A DNA stretch of 64,000 nucleotides, taken from positions 203,672,001 through 203,736,000 of the forward strand of contig NC_086100.1 of assembly GCF_963921235.1 (NCBI RefSeq). Direction: 5' to 3'. Made by a program: the position numbers and the translations under genes. This stretch comes from Mobula hypostoma. Taxonomy: Eukaryota. Below are positions 22,376 through 36,236 of the stretch, piece after piece; position 1 is the stretch's first letter; every line of letters starts with the position of its first letter. The notes beneath the pieces were generated by a model. The model saw only the letters and a program-made list of their open reading frames with translations, was not told the origin of the DNA and made no database searches.

Positions 22376-24239
22376 TTCTCTCTCTCTCTCTCTCTCTCTC
22401 AGTTCAATGGATAGATGACCATGCTGATCAACCAGTGGACCAACTTTGTCTCTTGTTATTCTTTTGCTCTTAAAATGGCTAAAGAAACCCTTGGGACTTT
22501 CTTTCATCTTGCATTGCACTGCGACCTCAATTCCTCTTTTATTCCTCATAATTCCTCTGCTGAGAAGTCTTTTGCATTTCTGAAACTCCTCAAGTGCCTC
22601 ATTTGCATGAGTTGTATACAGGAGCCATCCTGTATTCCCTCTGTTGCTAGCAGCCTCTGGACTTTACTCAAAATGCATAAATTTATGTCATAACTTTAAA
22701 TAATTCTTTCCATACAAAAGAGACAGAAGTTGACATGTCATGGTTGTGACAGAAACAACATCAATAAATATGTAACAATTATTGAAACAATAGCAAACTT
22801 AAAGGAGATTGTTTGACCTTGTTGCATTTAGCAGATGTGGAGGGTGGAAAGGGGGTCCTCTGGAATATAGTTGACCACGTGGTTGCCTGATTTTATTCCT
22901 TTTTTATAAATATCTGCTGGTGTTGACAAAAACTTGGTACACATTTTGAGCAACCACAAATAGGAGTGAATATTGCTGAAAGTTCACTGCCTTGAGTTTT
23001 AAAGTGTTTTTTCAATCCACTCTTTCATCTGGCATATATATTATACATTTTAAATCATCTTTTCACACTTTTTTATCAAATTGAAATGATAATCTGTTGT
23101 CTGAGGACAACTGATTTTGTGGGTACTGGGCTATTATATAATCATATAATTTATAAAATTAAAAACAAACATATGAAAAATTGTTGCATTTGTGCAAAAG
23201 ACCCTCAGATGATCAACCCTGATTACTTTAAAGAAGAAAATGTTATTCATTTTCAACGGTATTAGCACTTTTCTTAGTGGGAGATGTTTTCGTCGAAGTC
23301 TCAAGAATCGGTGAACTGCCAAAGAAGAGGCTGGAGAGCAAAGTGTTGGCCCGTGGAGGTCGGGTGTCGTGGCTTTGCAGGCTATTCGCTCTGCAAAGTA
23401 TACACTGCCCTTGGAATCACGGGAGAGAGAAGAAGGAGAGCCATTTTACCACCACAGGTACAGCGGAGGTAGCGTCAAGATGGCTCTGGATAAAGAGGGC
23501 AGATCGGTGGGTTGCTGCTGGGACACAGGCCGGGGTCTGATCAACCCCGGTTGGGTCGCCTGGGCGAGGGTGTATGACGTTGAAAGACCTGAAACACCTG
23601 ACGACCCCGTTTAACATCACTGATGATGTGCCCTAGCTTAGCATCATGCAGATGTTTCTGTAAGAAGGATTGGATGTTATATCATTACATCATTCTCATT
23701 ATTTATTGCTATTTTTTATATCTGAATTTGCACAGTTTGTTTACAGTTCCTGGTGTTTACAGTTTACAGTTACGGTTCTAGAGATTTGCTAATTATGCCC
23801 GCAGATAAATAATCTCAGGGTTGTATGTGGTGACAGGTATGTACTCTGAAAATAAATTTTCCTTTGAAGTTTGAACTTTTTTGAACTTTGTTTCATTCAG
23901 TATATCTACTTGTGTTTTGAATGTGAATTCAATATGATTTGATGTGATTTTGGTGGAAACGTACAGTATTCACAACTAAAACAACAGGAATTCTGCAGAC
24001 GCTGGAAATTCAAGCAACATACATCAAAGTTGCTGGTGAACGCAGCAGGCCAAGCAGCATCTATAGGAAGAGGGTTGGGGTTCACTTGAAGAGGCTGGTC
24101 TGAGGTGGTGAGTGAATTACATCAAGGAGTGTTATTGCACTTTGTGTTCAATAAATAAGTTGCTATTTTTTCTCGTAAAAATAAAATGCCTCTGCCATAT
24201 AATTTGTGAAATCCTACATTAGATCAAACTGCCGTTACA

Positions 24240-25755
24240 TTGGTAGTGCAACGCAAAGGCCAATTTACGTTGCGAGCAATCTCCAGAGTGAAGAGTCTCC
24301 TTGAAATCCTGCCTGGATACGATCAATACCGATAGTTGAAAACTCACCATTTACAAAGTTTTGGACTGTTGGAGTCTGAGTGCACCAACAGTTGTTTTCC
24401 TCGCCCAGCCACGGTGACGCTAAGCCATCAGAGCGAATGGATCACATGTTATCCCTCCTGAGCAATGACCATCCTTGTTTTAATTTCAAACAACTCTTCA
24501 TGCAGAAAATGCCGAAACGAGTTTGCTTAGCCCCAGCTAATACACCTGTGACGGACGAAAGGGAGCTTGTTAATATGGCTGAGAGTCTACACTCAGCTTT
24601 CTCTACCTCAATAAGCCCGGTCAGCAAGCCCCCACCTTAAGGACACCTGTGGCTGCGAAACAGACAATGCCAGGCCTGTGTTTTTACTTCGCTTGTTTTG
24701 GTATTGTTACGTACCCCGTAACTGGGTTGCCAAACCAGCAGAAATGGATCACTCAGTTGGAGTCTGGAGTACTAGAACTAAGAAAGTTTTATTAAAGAAA
24801 CAAGCAACACAGTAATCAAAAGGATAATAAATGCAACAATTTAACAATGATAACCACACATGTGCACAGAATTAAGATAACAGCATCAATCAAGCTCTAT
24901 CGTTGTCTAGGGGGTAAATGATCAAATTTCAAAATGACTCAAAGTTCAGTCCAGTTCAGTTCGCAGTAATCGTTGCCATGGCGAGGGACAACGTGGGGGG
25001 AGAGAGAGAGAGAACAGGAACAACTGATCATTCAGAACACTGCTTCACTCACAGACCAGCGAGATGGCTCACAAACAGCTTTCGGGCGGGTCCTTGGTGA
25101 TGTCACCTGAGGTCACCGACTGTGACCCCTCCTCCAGATGCGGTCGATCCTCTGCAGTGAACCCGGCACCCAGGCAAGGGCGGACACACACCGGGTTCCC
25201 GCTGATCGTACCTTTCCACCCTTGTCGTTGTCTGATGCTTCTCACCCACTCGTGAGAGGCGCACCGCTTCCAGGGTCTCGTTACCTTGGGTGGCGTGTGT
25301 CCCTGTCTTAGCGAACCTGTCCCCTTTTTATCCCCCTGCTGGGGTATCGCCTGTCCATCACTTCAAACAGTTCAAGGTTCAAAGAGGGGAGCCGCTCCAG
25401 ACAGCTCTTCCTCCCACATCCCTTCATTACACATCTCCAGACGCTGCTCCATTGTTCCTTATCTCTCCTTCCCCTGAGGACAGGTGGCAGACCAACTGCT
25501 GATGCCACTGATGCTAGCCCAGGCCAGCAAACATCTTAATTTTATGTGTATTCTCGTAACAGTATGGACACTAGAAACTGCCAATGAGCTGGCAGCTTTA
25601 ACAGTGCCAGCGCATCTGGTCTCACAGGTCTGTGAACACAGTGGGTTCCAGCTGCCAGGGATGTCTACTGTTCATTACAGACACAATTTCGGGGCGATGT
25701 TTCCTGTGTGACACAGGAGCTCAAGTGAATGTGCTGCCAGTATCACCTATTGATC
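24240..25755 (+). mobile_element. Gypsy LTR-retrotransposon gag/protease relic, split by a solo LTR
   Basis: GDAKPSERMDHMLSLL..HPCF.FKQLFMQKMP (gag-like, 24380-24640); LLFITDTISGRCFLCDTGAQVNVLP (aspartic protease, from ~25665). Confidence 0.8.
24705..25561 (-). mobile_element. Solo LTR (857 bp)
   Basis: TGTTACG...CGTAACA inverted termini; 4-bp TSD GTAT (24701-24704 / 25562-25565); AATAAA and a TATA-like motif on the minus strand. Confidence 0.9.
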
Positions 25756-27965
25756 AGCGGGAACATGCTTCCTGCCTCCAGCGTGTCCAATCCCTTAATA
25801 ATCTTATATGTTTCAATAAGATCCCCTCTCAGTCTTCTAAATTCCAGAGTATACAAGCCCAGTCGCTCCAACATTTCAACATATGACAGTCCCGCCATCC
25901 CGGGAATTAACCTTGTAAACCTATGCTGCACTCCCTCAATAGCAAGAATGTCCTTCCTCAAATTTGGAGACCAAAACTGCACACAGTACTCCAGGTGTGG
26001 TCTCACCAGGGCCCTGTACAGCTGCAGAAGGACCTCTTTACTCTTAGACTCAATTCCCCTTGTTATGAAGGCCAGCATGCCATTAGCTTTCTTCACTGCC
26101 TGCTGTACCTGCATGCTTGCTTTCAGTGACTGATGTACAAGAACACCTAGATCTCGCTGTGCTTCCCCTTTTCCTAACTTGACTCCATTTAGGAAATAAT
26201 CTGCCTTCCCATTCTTACCACCAAAGTGGATAACCTCACATTTATCCACATTAAACTGTATCTGCCATGCATCTGCCCACTCACCCAGCCTGTCCAAGTC
26301 ATCCTGCATTCTCATAACATCCTCCTCACATTTCACACTGCCTCCTAGCTTTGTGTCATTGGCAAATTTGCTAATGTTACTTTTAATTCCCTCATCCAAA
26401 TCATTAATATATATTGTAAACAGCTGCGGTCCCAGCACTGAACCCTGCGGGACCCCACTGGTCACCGCCTGCCATTCCGAAAGGGACCTGTTAATCGCTA
26501 CTCTTTGTTTTCTGTCAGCCAGCCAATTTTCAATCCGTGTCAGTACTCTGCCCCAATGCAATGTGCCCTAATTTTGCCCACTAATCTCCTATGTAGGACT
26601 TTATCAAAGGCTTTCTGAAAGTCCAGGTACACTACAACCACTGGCTCTCCCTTGTCCATTTTCATAGTTACATCCTCAAAAAATTCCAGAAGATTAGTCA
26701 AGCACGATTTCCCCTTTGTGAATCCATGCTGACTCGGACCAATCCTGTTACTACTATCCAGATGTGTCGTAATTTCATCTTTTATAATTGACTCCAGCAT
26801 CTTTCCCACCACCGACGTCAGGCTAACCAGTCCATTATTCCCTGTTTTCTCTCTTCCTCCCTTCTTGAAGAGAGGGACAACATTAGCCACCCTCCAATCC
26901 ACAGGAACTGATCCTGAATCTATAGAACATTGGAAAATGATTACCAATGCGTCCACGATTTCTAAAGCCACCTGCTTAAGTACCCTGGGATACAGACCAT
27001 CAGGTCCCAGGGACTTATCAGCCTTCAGACCCAACAGCCTATCCAACACCATTTCCTGCCTAATATAAATTTCCTTCAATTCATCCATTGCCCTAGGTCC
27101 TTTGGCCATAATTACATCTGGGAGATTGTTTGTGTCTTCCCTAGTGAAGACAGATCCAAAGTACCTGTTCAACTTGTCTGCCATTTCCTTGTTCCCCATA
27201 ATAAATTCACCCGCTTCTGTCTTCAAGGGCCCGATTTTGGTCCTAACTATTTTTTTCCTTTTCACATACCTAAAGAAGCTTTTACTATCCTCCTTTATAT
27301 TCTTGGCTAGTTTACCTTCGTACCTCATTTTTTCTCTGCGACTTGCCTTCTTAGTTACCTTCTGTTGCTCTTTAAAAGTTTCCCAATCCTCCGGCTTCCC
27401 ATTCGTCTTTGCTATGTTATACTTCTTCTCTTTTATTTTTATACTGTCCATTACCTCCCTTGTCAGCCACGGCCTGCCCTTACTCCCCTTAGGATATTTC
27501 TTCCTCTTTGGAATGAACTGATCCTGCATCTTCTGCATTATTCCCAGAAACACTTGCCATTGCTGTTCCATTGTCATCCCTGCGAGGGTATTGTTCCATT
27601 GAACTTTGGCCAGCTCCTCCCTCATAGCACCATAGTTCCCTTTGTTCAACTGTAATACTGACACTTCCAAGTTTCCTTCCCCCTCTCAAATTGTAGATTA
27701 AATCTTATCATATTATGGTCACTACCTCCTAATGGCTCCTTTACCTCGAGGTCCCTGATCAAATCCGGTTCATTGCCCAACACAAAATCTAGAATTGCAT
27801 TCTCTCTGGTAGGCTCCAGTACAAGCTGTTCTAAGAATCCATCTTGGAGGGACTCCACAAACTCCCTTTCTTGGGGTCCAGTACCAACCTGATTCCTCCA
27901 GTCTACCTGCATGTTGAATTCCCCCGTAACAACTGTAGCATTACCTTTGTGACATGCCAATTTTA
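25756..27965 (-). mobile_element. CR1 LINE ORF2 fragment (endonuclease end plus RT)
   Basis: ORFs 27646-27969, 26540-27670 and 25743-26561 ([36 protein letters not shown]). Confidence 0.95.
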
Positions 27966-28599
27966 ACATTTTACCATCTTCGTCATGGATTACAGCATTT
28001 TACCAACAACTGATGTCAGATTTACTGACTTATAATTTCTTGTCGTTTGCCTCCCTCCTTTCATCAAACTGGAGTGAGCTTAGTATTTTCCAGTCCCCCA
28101 AAGTTATTTCAGAATCTCATGATTCTTGAAGGATCATGACAAATGCCTGCACAAGCTCCTCATCTACATCTATCAGATCTGAGGATTGTAGTCCATCTGT
28201 TCCAGGTGACTTATCTACCATCAGACTTCAGCTTTCCAAGCACTTTCTCCTCAGTAGTAGATCATTATTAATGCTTCCTCATAAATCTTCGTTCCCCTGT
28301 TGGGACCCTGCACTCCCTCCTTCCTGCTGCCAGCACCCTGCAGATCCACATCTCCTTCCCTGGATGGTGAGGACCCTCACTCACACCCACTCTCTCAGCT
28401 GAACTTCAACCAGCTACACAACATCAACAATGGTGACAGCACCTCCTTGTCTCAATCAATGCTATGGACACCTTCATCCCTCATTGTTCTGCTGCACCAT
28501 CTCCAACCCTGTCAGTAAGCAGAGCACAGTGGCAACCTGAAGCGGAGCAGTAGTGCAGTTCTGTCCTGTTCATGTCTGGGATGCGGACAGAGGGAAGGG

Positions 28600-28910
28600 A
28601 GGGGAAAAAGGGTCTCCCTGGGTCAATCCCATTCTACATGGGAATGGTTAGGGTGGGGTGTCAGTAATGTCTACCTCTCTTTCCCACTCTCACGGGCGAT
28701 GGTTAGTTTGGGTGTGGGAAATGTCCACCTGGGTCTGTCCCAGTCTCACGGAGAAGGGTCAGGGTTGGGAATGACTGAATGGGTTTGTCTCGCTCTAAAT
28801 GGGGATGTGTCAGGGTGGGAAATGTCTGCCTGGGTTTGTCTTTCTCTCACTGGGGATGGGTCAGAGTAGGGGTGGGTAATGTCTGTCAGGGTCTGTCCCA
28901 GTCTCAGAAC
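28600..28910. repeat. Degenerate ~55-60-bp minisatellite (~6 copies)
   Basis: Recurrent gtcagggt.gg...aatgtct.cctgggt(c/t)tgtcccagtctcac units. Confidence 0.65.
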
Positions 28911-28989
28911 ACAGGAGTATGGTGACAGTCAGGAAGGGGGCAGGGGTTAAACAGCCAGTACAGACTAAACCTTTGGTCACTCCCCTTTT

Positions 28990-31900
28990 GGTCACTCCAG
29001 TTTAGATGAACTGGTCTGTTGATCTAAACTGGACTCCTTCCAACCCATCACGCTATCCTCCCTTACAAAGATTGTTTCCGCCATGAAACCTGCAACCTGC
29101 CCCCTTGACATTGTCCCCACTGCCCTCCTGAAGGGTGTCTTTGACAAACCCGGTCCCAGCATCCTCTCGTAAACCGATAATAATCTGCAGATGCTGGGAT
29201 CAAAGCAACACTCACAACACGCTGGACGAACTCAGCAGGTCGGGCAGCATCCGTGGAAACAACGTTTTGGGCCGGAACCCTTCGTCAGGACTGTAGAGGG
29301 AAGGGGCAGAGGCCCTATAAAGAAAATGGGGGAGGGTGGGAAGGAGAAGGCTGGTAGGTTCCAGGTGAAAAACCAGTAAGGGGAAAGACAAAGGGGTGGG
29401 GGTGGGGGAGGGGAAGCAGGGAGGGGATAGGCAGGAAAGGTGAAGAAGGAATAGGGGAAACACAATGGGTAGTAGAAGGAGGCAGAACCATGAGGGATGT
29501 GATAGGCAGCTGGAGGAGGGGGCAGAGTGAAATAGGGATAAAGGAAGGGAGGGGGAGGGAATTACCAGAAGATGGAGAATTCTATGTTCATACCAATGGG
29601 CTGGAGACTACTTAGAGGGTATATGTGGTGCTGTTCCTCAAACCTGAGTTTAGCCTCATCACAGCAGTAGAGGAGGCCATGTATGGACATATCTGAATTG
29701 GAATGGGAAGCAGAGTTGAAGTGGGTGGCTACTGGGAGATCCTGCCTGTTGTGGCAGACGGAGCAGAAGTGCTCCACGAAGCGGTCCCCCAATCTGCGTC
29801 GGGTTTCACCGATGTAGAGGAGGCCACACCGGGAGCACCGAATGCAATAGATGATCCCAACAGTCTCACAAGTGAAGTGTTGCCTCACCTGGAAGGACTG
29901 TTTGGGGCCCTGAATGGTGGCAAGAGAGGAGGTGTAGAGAGAGGTGTAGCGCTTACACTTACAGGGATAAGTGCCGGGTGGGAGATCCATGGGGAGGGAC
30001 CGATCCCTGTGGAAATCGGAGGGGGTGGAGAGGGAAAGATGTGTTTAGTGGTGGGGTCCTGTTGAAGGTGGCGGAAGTTGTGGAGGATAATGTGCTGGAT
30101 CCGGAGGGTGCTGGGCTGGTAGGTGAGGACACGGGGAACTCTGTCCCTGTTGTGGTTGCGGGAGGATGGGGTGAGGGCTGAAGTGCGGGAAATGGAGGAG
30201 ATGTGAGTGAGGGCATCATTGATGACAGCAGAAGGGAAACCATGATCCTTAAAGAAAGAGAACATTTGAGATGTCCTGGAATGGAAAGCCTCATCCTTGG
30301 AGCATATGCGGCAGCGACGGAGGAACTGGGAATAGGGAATGGCATTTTTGCATGTGGCGGGTTGGGAAGAGGTATAGTCGAAGTAGTTATGAGAGTCAGT
30401 GGGCTTGTAGAAGATGTCAGTGGACCATCTGTCTCCAGAGATGGAGACCGAGAGATCGAGAAAGGGGAGAGAAGTGTCCGAGATAGACCAAGTGAATTTG
30501 AGGTCTGGGTGGAAGTTTGAAGTAAAGTCGATGAAATTGAAGAGCTCAGCATGGGTGCAGGAAGCAGCACCAATGTAGTCGTCAATGTACCGAAGGAAAA
30601 GTTGGGAGCAGTACCAGAATAGGTTTGGAGCACAAACTGTTCCACATGACCAACGAAGAGGCAGGCATAGCTGGGGCCCATGCGAGTTCCCATCGCTCCA
30701 CCCTTAGTCTGAAGAAAGTGGGAAGAGCCAAAAGAGAAGTTATTAATTGTGAGAACCAGTTCCGCCAACCGGAGGAGGGTAGTGGTGGTGTGGAACTGGT
30801 GAGGTCTATTATCCAGAAAGTAGCGGAGGGCTTTGAGGCCTTCTTGATGAGGAATGGAAGTGTATAAGGATTGGACATCCATAGTGAAAATGAAGCGGTT
30901 GGGACCAGGGAATTGGAAATAATTGAAGAGGTGGAGGGCATGGGATGTATCCCGGACGTAGGTGGGGAGGGACTGAACTATGGGTGACAAAATAGAGTCC
31001 AGGTAGGCAGATACAAGTTCGGTGGGACAGGAGCAGACAGAAACTATGGGTCTACCGGGACAGTCAGGCTTGTGTATCTTGGGGAGGAGGTAAAACCGAG
31101 CGGTGCGGGGTGTGGGAATAATGAATTTAGCTGCTGAGGATGGAAGGTCTCCGGAGTTGATGAAGGCGGTGATGGTGCGGGAGACAATGGTTTGATGTTT
31201 TTTGGTGGGGTCCTGTTCCAGGGGTAAGTAAGAGGAAGTGTCAGAGCACTGCCTTTTGGCCTCAGTCAGGTAGATGTCCGTCCGCCAGACTGCTACGGCA
31301 CCACCTTTGTCAGCGGGTTTGATGGTGAGGTTAGGATTAGTGTGGAGAGAGTGGAGGGCAGTGTGTTCTCAGGGAGTGAGGTTGGAACAGGAGAGAGGAG
31401 TGGTGAAGTTGAGACGGTTGATGTCTCGGCGACAGTTAGAAATGAAGAGATTGAGTGCAGGTAGAAGGCCTGGGCGGGGTGTCCAGGAGGAGGAAGAGGG
31501 TCGAAGACAGGAGAAGGGGTCATCAGTAGGAGGATGGGAATTTCTGCCAAAGAAGTAGGCTCGGAGACGTAGGCGACGATTGAAGAGTTCAGCGTCATGG
31601 CGGGCACAGAACTCACTGAGGTGTGGATGGAGGGGGACAAAAGTGAGGCCCTTGCTAAGGACAGAACGTTCTGCCTCAGAGAGGGGACGGTCAGAGGGGA
31701 TGGTGAAGACACGGCAAGGGTTGGGGCTGGGGTCGGAGGAGGGTGAAGAGTGGGAGGTCTCAGGAGGGAGAGGGGGTTTGGGATATTCCGGGAGAGCGGG
31801 GTGAGGGGAGGATGGGGGATCAGAGGAATGGAGGGACGATGAGGGGTAGAGGGATGGTTGGGAGTTTGCGAGAGGAAAGAGGGTGGTTGGAGAAGCAGTC

Positions 31901-33253
31901 GGGCGTTAGGACCCAGCGACAGTAAGAGGGTCTGGAGAGGGTCGGGATCATGGTCCGAGCTGGATCTGGAGCTGGGGCTGGCGGAGCCCATAGCCTGCAG
32001 GGCCCCAGAACTGAGGTCGGAGTCGGAGGCGAGGGAGTCCATGGCCCGCCGGGGGCTGGTGCCCATGTCCGGGAGGTGGTGGTTCCAGTCGGGGTCACTC
32101 TGACTGGAATTAGTCAATTAGTCAATTGCTGCCCTTCCTACACCAAAACAACATCTTGGAAAGATTTCAGTCAGGTTTTAAGGCTTATCATAGCACAGAG
32201 TCTGCCCTGCTGAAAGTGTACAATGATCTCCTCCTCTCTACCGACTCAGGTGACTCTGCCATCCGAATTCTTCTTGACTTCTGCACAGCATTTGATAGTG
32301 TGGATCTGCCATGTTAATAGACAGTCTCCAGTGCGGGGTTGGTGTTGATGGCACTGCCTTGAACTGGTTCACATCCTACTTCATAAATAGAAGCTTCTCC
32401 GTCAACATAGGCAAATCATCTTCTATTCCAGCTAGTTTCTCCTGCGGGTTCTCACAAGTTTCCATCCCAGGTCCCATTCTTTTCTCCATATACATGCTTC
32501 CCCTCGGCCAAATCATCCAAAAATACAACATTTCCTTCCAGTGTTATGCTGATGACACACAGCTTTATCTCCCCTTGAAACAAAGGTCTAGTCAAATCTA
32601 GTCAGCCTCATGAATTGCCTTGAGAACATGAAGTGTTGGATGGCACAAAACTTCCTGCAGCTGAATGAAGGCAAGTCTGAAGTTGTCCTATTTGGCCCCC
32701 CCAACTCCATCAAAGTGATTGCCAACAGTCTTGGTAACCTGTCCATCCTTTTCAAACCCCATGTCAAAAACCTTGGTGTGATATTTGATATCGCCTTTAA
32801 GTTCGATAAGCAAGTTAATGCAGTAGGAAAAGCCAGCAGTAAAACTCCTTATTCTAATTCCAGCTCCCTCAGGTCGGCTGACTTGGGGCTCCTGGATGTC
32901 CCGCGATCTAAACTTAAGCTCAGGGGTGACCGTGCCTTTGCTGTTGTAGCCCCTAGACTGTGGAACTGCATTTCCCTCCCTATCAGATCTGCCCCCTCCA
33001 TTGACTCTTTTAAATGCAGGCTCAAAACTTACCTTTATCCACGAACATTTGAATCGTCCTGACGTGGCTGATTTTTGGCTTGTGCCAAGGTTCATGTGTA
33101 GTTTATTTTCTGCCTATAAGCTTTGTGCCTTGTTGTTTCTATCTGTGTTTCTTGATTTGTGATTTTAGCTACCTGTTATGGTTTGTACAGCACTTTGGTC
33201 AACATGGGTTGTTTCTAAATCCGCTTTATAAATAAATTTGACTTGACTTGACT
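28990..33253 (+). mobile_element. L2-type LINE relic interrupted by a Penelope element
   Basis: MKPATCPLDIVPT-like start at ~29080; resumes at ~32110 with FQSGFKAYHSTESALLKVYND, YADDTQLY, NFLQLN..KSE, GDRAFAVVAPRLWN; AATAAA plus (TTGAC)n tail. Confidence 0.85.
29170..32100 (-). mobile_element. Near full-length frameshifted Penelope-like element (RT plus GIY-YIG)
   Basis: RT ORF 29959-30990 (TMDVQSLYTSIP, QTKGGAMGTRMGPSYA); GIY-YIG ORF 29562-29990 (IIYCIRCSRCGLLYIGETRRRLGDRFVEH); tail at 29170-29300. Confidence 0.93.
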
Positions 33254-34499
33254 GGGGTGTAGACCAACTGGTCTAGATGACTTATCTACCTACAACATTT
33301 CAGCTTCTCATTGGCAACAGTGATTACACTCACTTCTCTCCCTCGCTGGCAAAATTCTTATTCAGTTTGTTCACCATTCCTTTTTTCCCATTACTACCTC
33401 TCCAGTGTCATTTCCAGCACTCTAATGTCCACTCTGCCTTAATTTTACTCTTTCTACCTCTGGAAGAAAAGCTTTCGGCTCCCTATTTAATATTATTGGC
33501 TGGCTTACCTTCAGATTTCATCTTTTCTCTCCTCATTGTTTTCCACTGGCTTTTGTTGCTTTGTAAAGCTTCCCAATCATTCAGCTTCCCTCTCTTTTCT
33601 GCTACTACTCTATGCTCTCCTTTTTGACTCTATGCTGTCTCTGACTTCCCTTGTCAGCCACGCTTGCCTCATCCTCCCTTTAGAATACTTCAGCTTTGGG
33701 ACGAATCTGCCCTCCACCTTCTAAATTGCCCCCAAAACTCCAGTCATTGCTGCTCTGCTGTCATTCTGCCTAGTGTCCCATTCCCATCAACTTTGGCCAG
33801 CTCCTCTTGGATGAACCTGTCATTGCCGTTGACCCACTGTAACAGTGATACATTGGAGAGGGTGCAGAAGAGATTCACCAGGATGCAGTCTGGAGTAAAG
33901 GCATAAGTTACTGTTTAAGGAGAGGCCAAACAAACTTGGGTATTTTCTAAGGAGTGGTGGAGCTGAGGGGAGTATGATAATGTGTGATAAGATTACGAGG
34001 GGCATAGATTGATAGCTGGTATCTTTCCCGCAACACACCCCTCCCCACCCCACGGACAAACTGTCTAACAACAGAGGGCATTCATTTATAGAGATGAGGT
34101 GGAATTTCTTTACCCAGAGGGTGATGAATCTGAGCAATTCATTGGCACAGTTGGCTATATTTAAAACAGAGGTTGACATGTGCTTGGTTAGACAGGGCGG
34201 AGAGGAAACTTCAGAGAGAGATGGGTCAAGACAGGCAGATGGGACAGACTCAGGTGGGGGTTCTTGACTGGCAAGGGCCAGTGGGACTGAACACCAGTGT
34301 TTTCCACTCTCAGACATTCATTGACACCATTTCTCATCAGTACATGTTTTACAAACAATAGATTTCAAAGTTGAATTTCAAAGTAAATTTATTTTCCAAG
34401 TACATGAACAATAATCTATCAGACGATCCATTTTCTTGCAGGTTCAGCAGCTCAACGTTCACCCCCAGCCCCGAGCAGAAAATGGGGCCGATTCCAGAA

Positions 34500-36230
34500 G
34501 GGGATGGTCTGGGCTGGGGTGGCGTGTGGGGGGTGTGGGGGGTGGGGTATGGAGGGTTATGGGGGGTGGGGTGGGGTATGCGGTGGTGTGGGGGGTAGGT
34601 TATGGGGGGTATGGGGGGGTGGGTTGGGGTATGGGGGGTGTCTGGGACCTCATGGGGGAACCCTCTCTCCATCTTCCTCCCACCCACTCCTCCTCAGTCC
34701 CCCTCCCTCTACCCTCCCCTCCCCCCTCCCCGCCCACCCATCCCCCACCTCCCCCTCCCCTCCCCTCCCCCACTCCAACCCCCTCACCCTCCCCTCCTCC
34801 ATCCATCCCTATTCCTTCCCCTGCCCCCTCACCACCACATTCTCCTGCCCCTCCCTTACCCTTAACCCTCCCCTTCCCATTCTCCGGCATCCCCTCCACC
34901 CTTCCTCCTTCCCCTCTGCCTCCCTCCCCATTCCCCTCCATTCCCACTCCCATCCTTCCACCTTCCTTGCCCCTCTATCTTCCCTCAACCCTCCACTTCC
35001 CCTCTCCTTTTACTTCTTCTCCCTCACTCCACCTCCACAGCAATACTCCTACTCCTGCCCTTTACCTCACCCTTTCCTCAACCCTCTTCTTCCCCTCCCA
35101 TTCCTACCATCCTCCTATTCAGTCCCACTTGCCTTCCCCTCCTGTTTCCTCACCCACCCTCCCCCTCAACCTACCCCTTCCCCTTCTGTTTCCTCACCCA
35201 CCCTCACCCTCAACCTCAACCTACTCCTTCCCCTCCTGTTCCTGCACCCACCCTCCTCCTCAACCTACCCCTTCCCTTCCTGTTTCCTCACCCACACTCC
35301 CTCTCAACCTACTACTTCCTCTCACCTCCTTCCCTCTCCTCCTCACTCCCCCTCTTCCACCCACTCTGCCCCCCACCCCTTCCATCCATCACCCCAACTG
35401 TATGTGCGTTTGCAGGAGTGTGAGGGAGAGGGGAGGGTGCAGATAAGGCTGGAGGGGATGGGGAGGAATTAGAGGGGTGGGGAATGCGGTGGAGGTGGAG
35501 GGAGGAGGGGGAAGCAGGGAGGGTAGGTCTCTCTCTCACACACACAAAACACAAAAACACATACAGTTGAGGGGATGGATGGTAGGGGAGGGAAGGAAGG
35601 TGAGAGGTTGGGAAGAGGGAATTGAGGTGAGGGACGAGCAGAGGCAGGAGGGATGGAGAAAGAGGGAGAGGAAGGAGGAGGATGAGAGGGGAAGGGGAGA
35701 GAGAGAGGGAGGGGAGGGGAAGGGGTGGGAGATGGGGAGGGGGAGGAATAGGGAGGGAGTGGTGGAGTGGAGGGGAAGGGGAGGAGGAGGGAGGAAAGGG
35801 TTAGAGGAGATGGGGAGGGAGGGGAAGAGGTTCGGGGAGGGGAGAGGGAAGGGGAGTGGGGAGGAATGGGCAGGAGGAGGATGAAGGGAGGGCTCCCTGA
35901 CAAGGTCCTAGGGGGGGAAGGTGGGGAGGTAGATGGGGAAGTGTGTGGGAGGGGGAGGGAGGAAATGGGAGGGAGGGGTATGTGTATAGGAGAGGGAAGA
36001 GAAGAGGTGGGGCATGGAGCTGGAAGGAAAAGTTGAGGGAGAGAGGGAGGGGAGACGTGTGGCGGAGGGATGGAAGGGAGGGTGGGGATTGGGTCGGGGA
36101 GGAGGAGGGAGGTGCTCCCTCACTGGAGGAACCAGGCAGTCGCAGTGAGGACAGCCAGGACATGGGGCAGGATGAACCTGAGGGAGGGAATGGAGGGGTG
36201 AGGAGGAAGGGTAGGGTGAGGCTGGGGGCC
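34500..36230. repeat. G-rich, then C/T-rich, then G/A-rich low-complexity block
   Basis: (GGGGT)-like runs at 34500-34660, a pyrimidine tract to ~35395, and a purine tract to ~36230. Confidence 0.85.
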
Positions 36231-36236
36231 AAAAAT

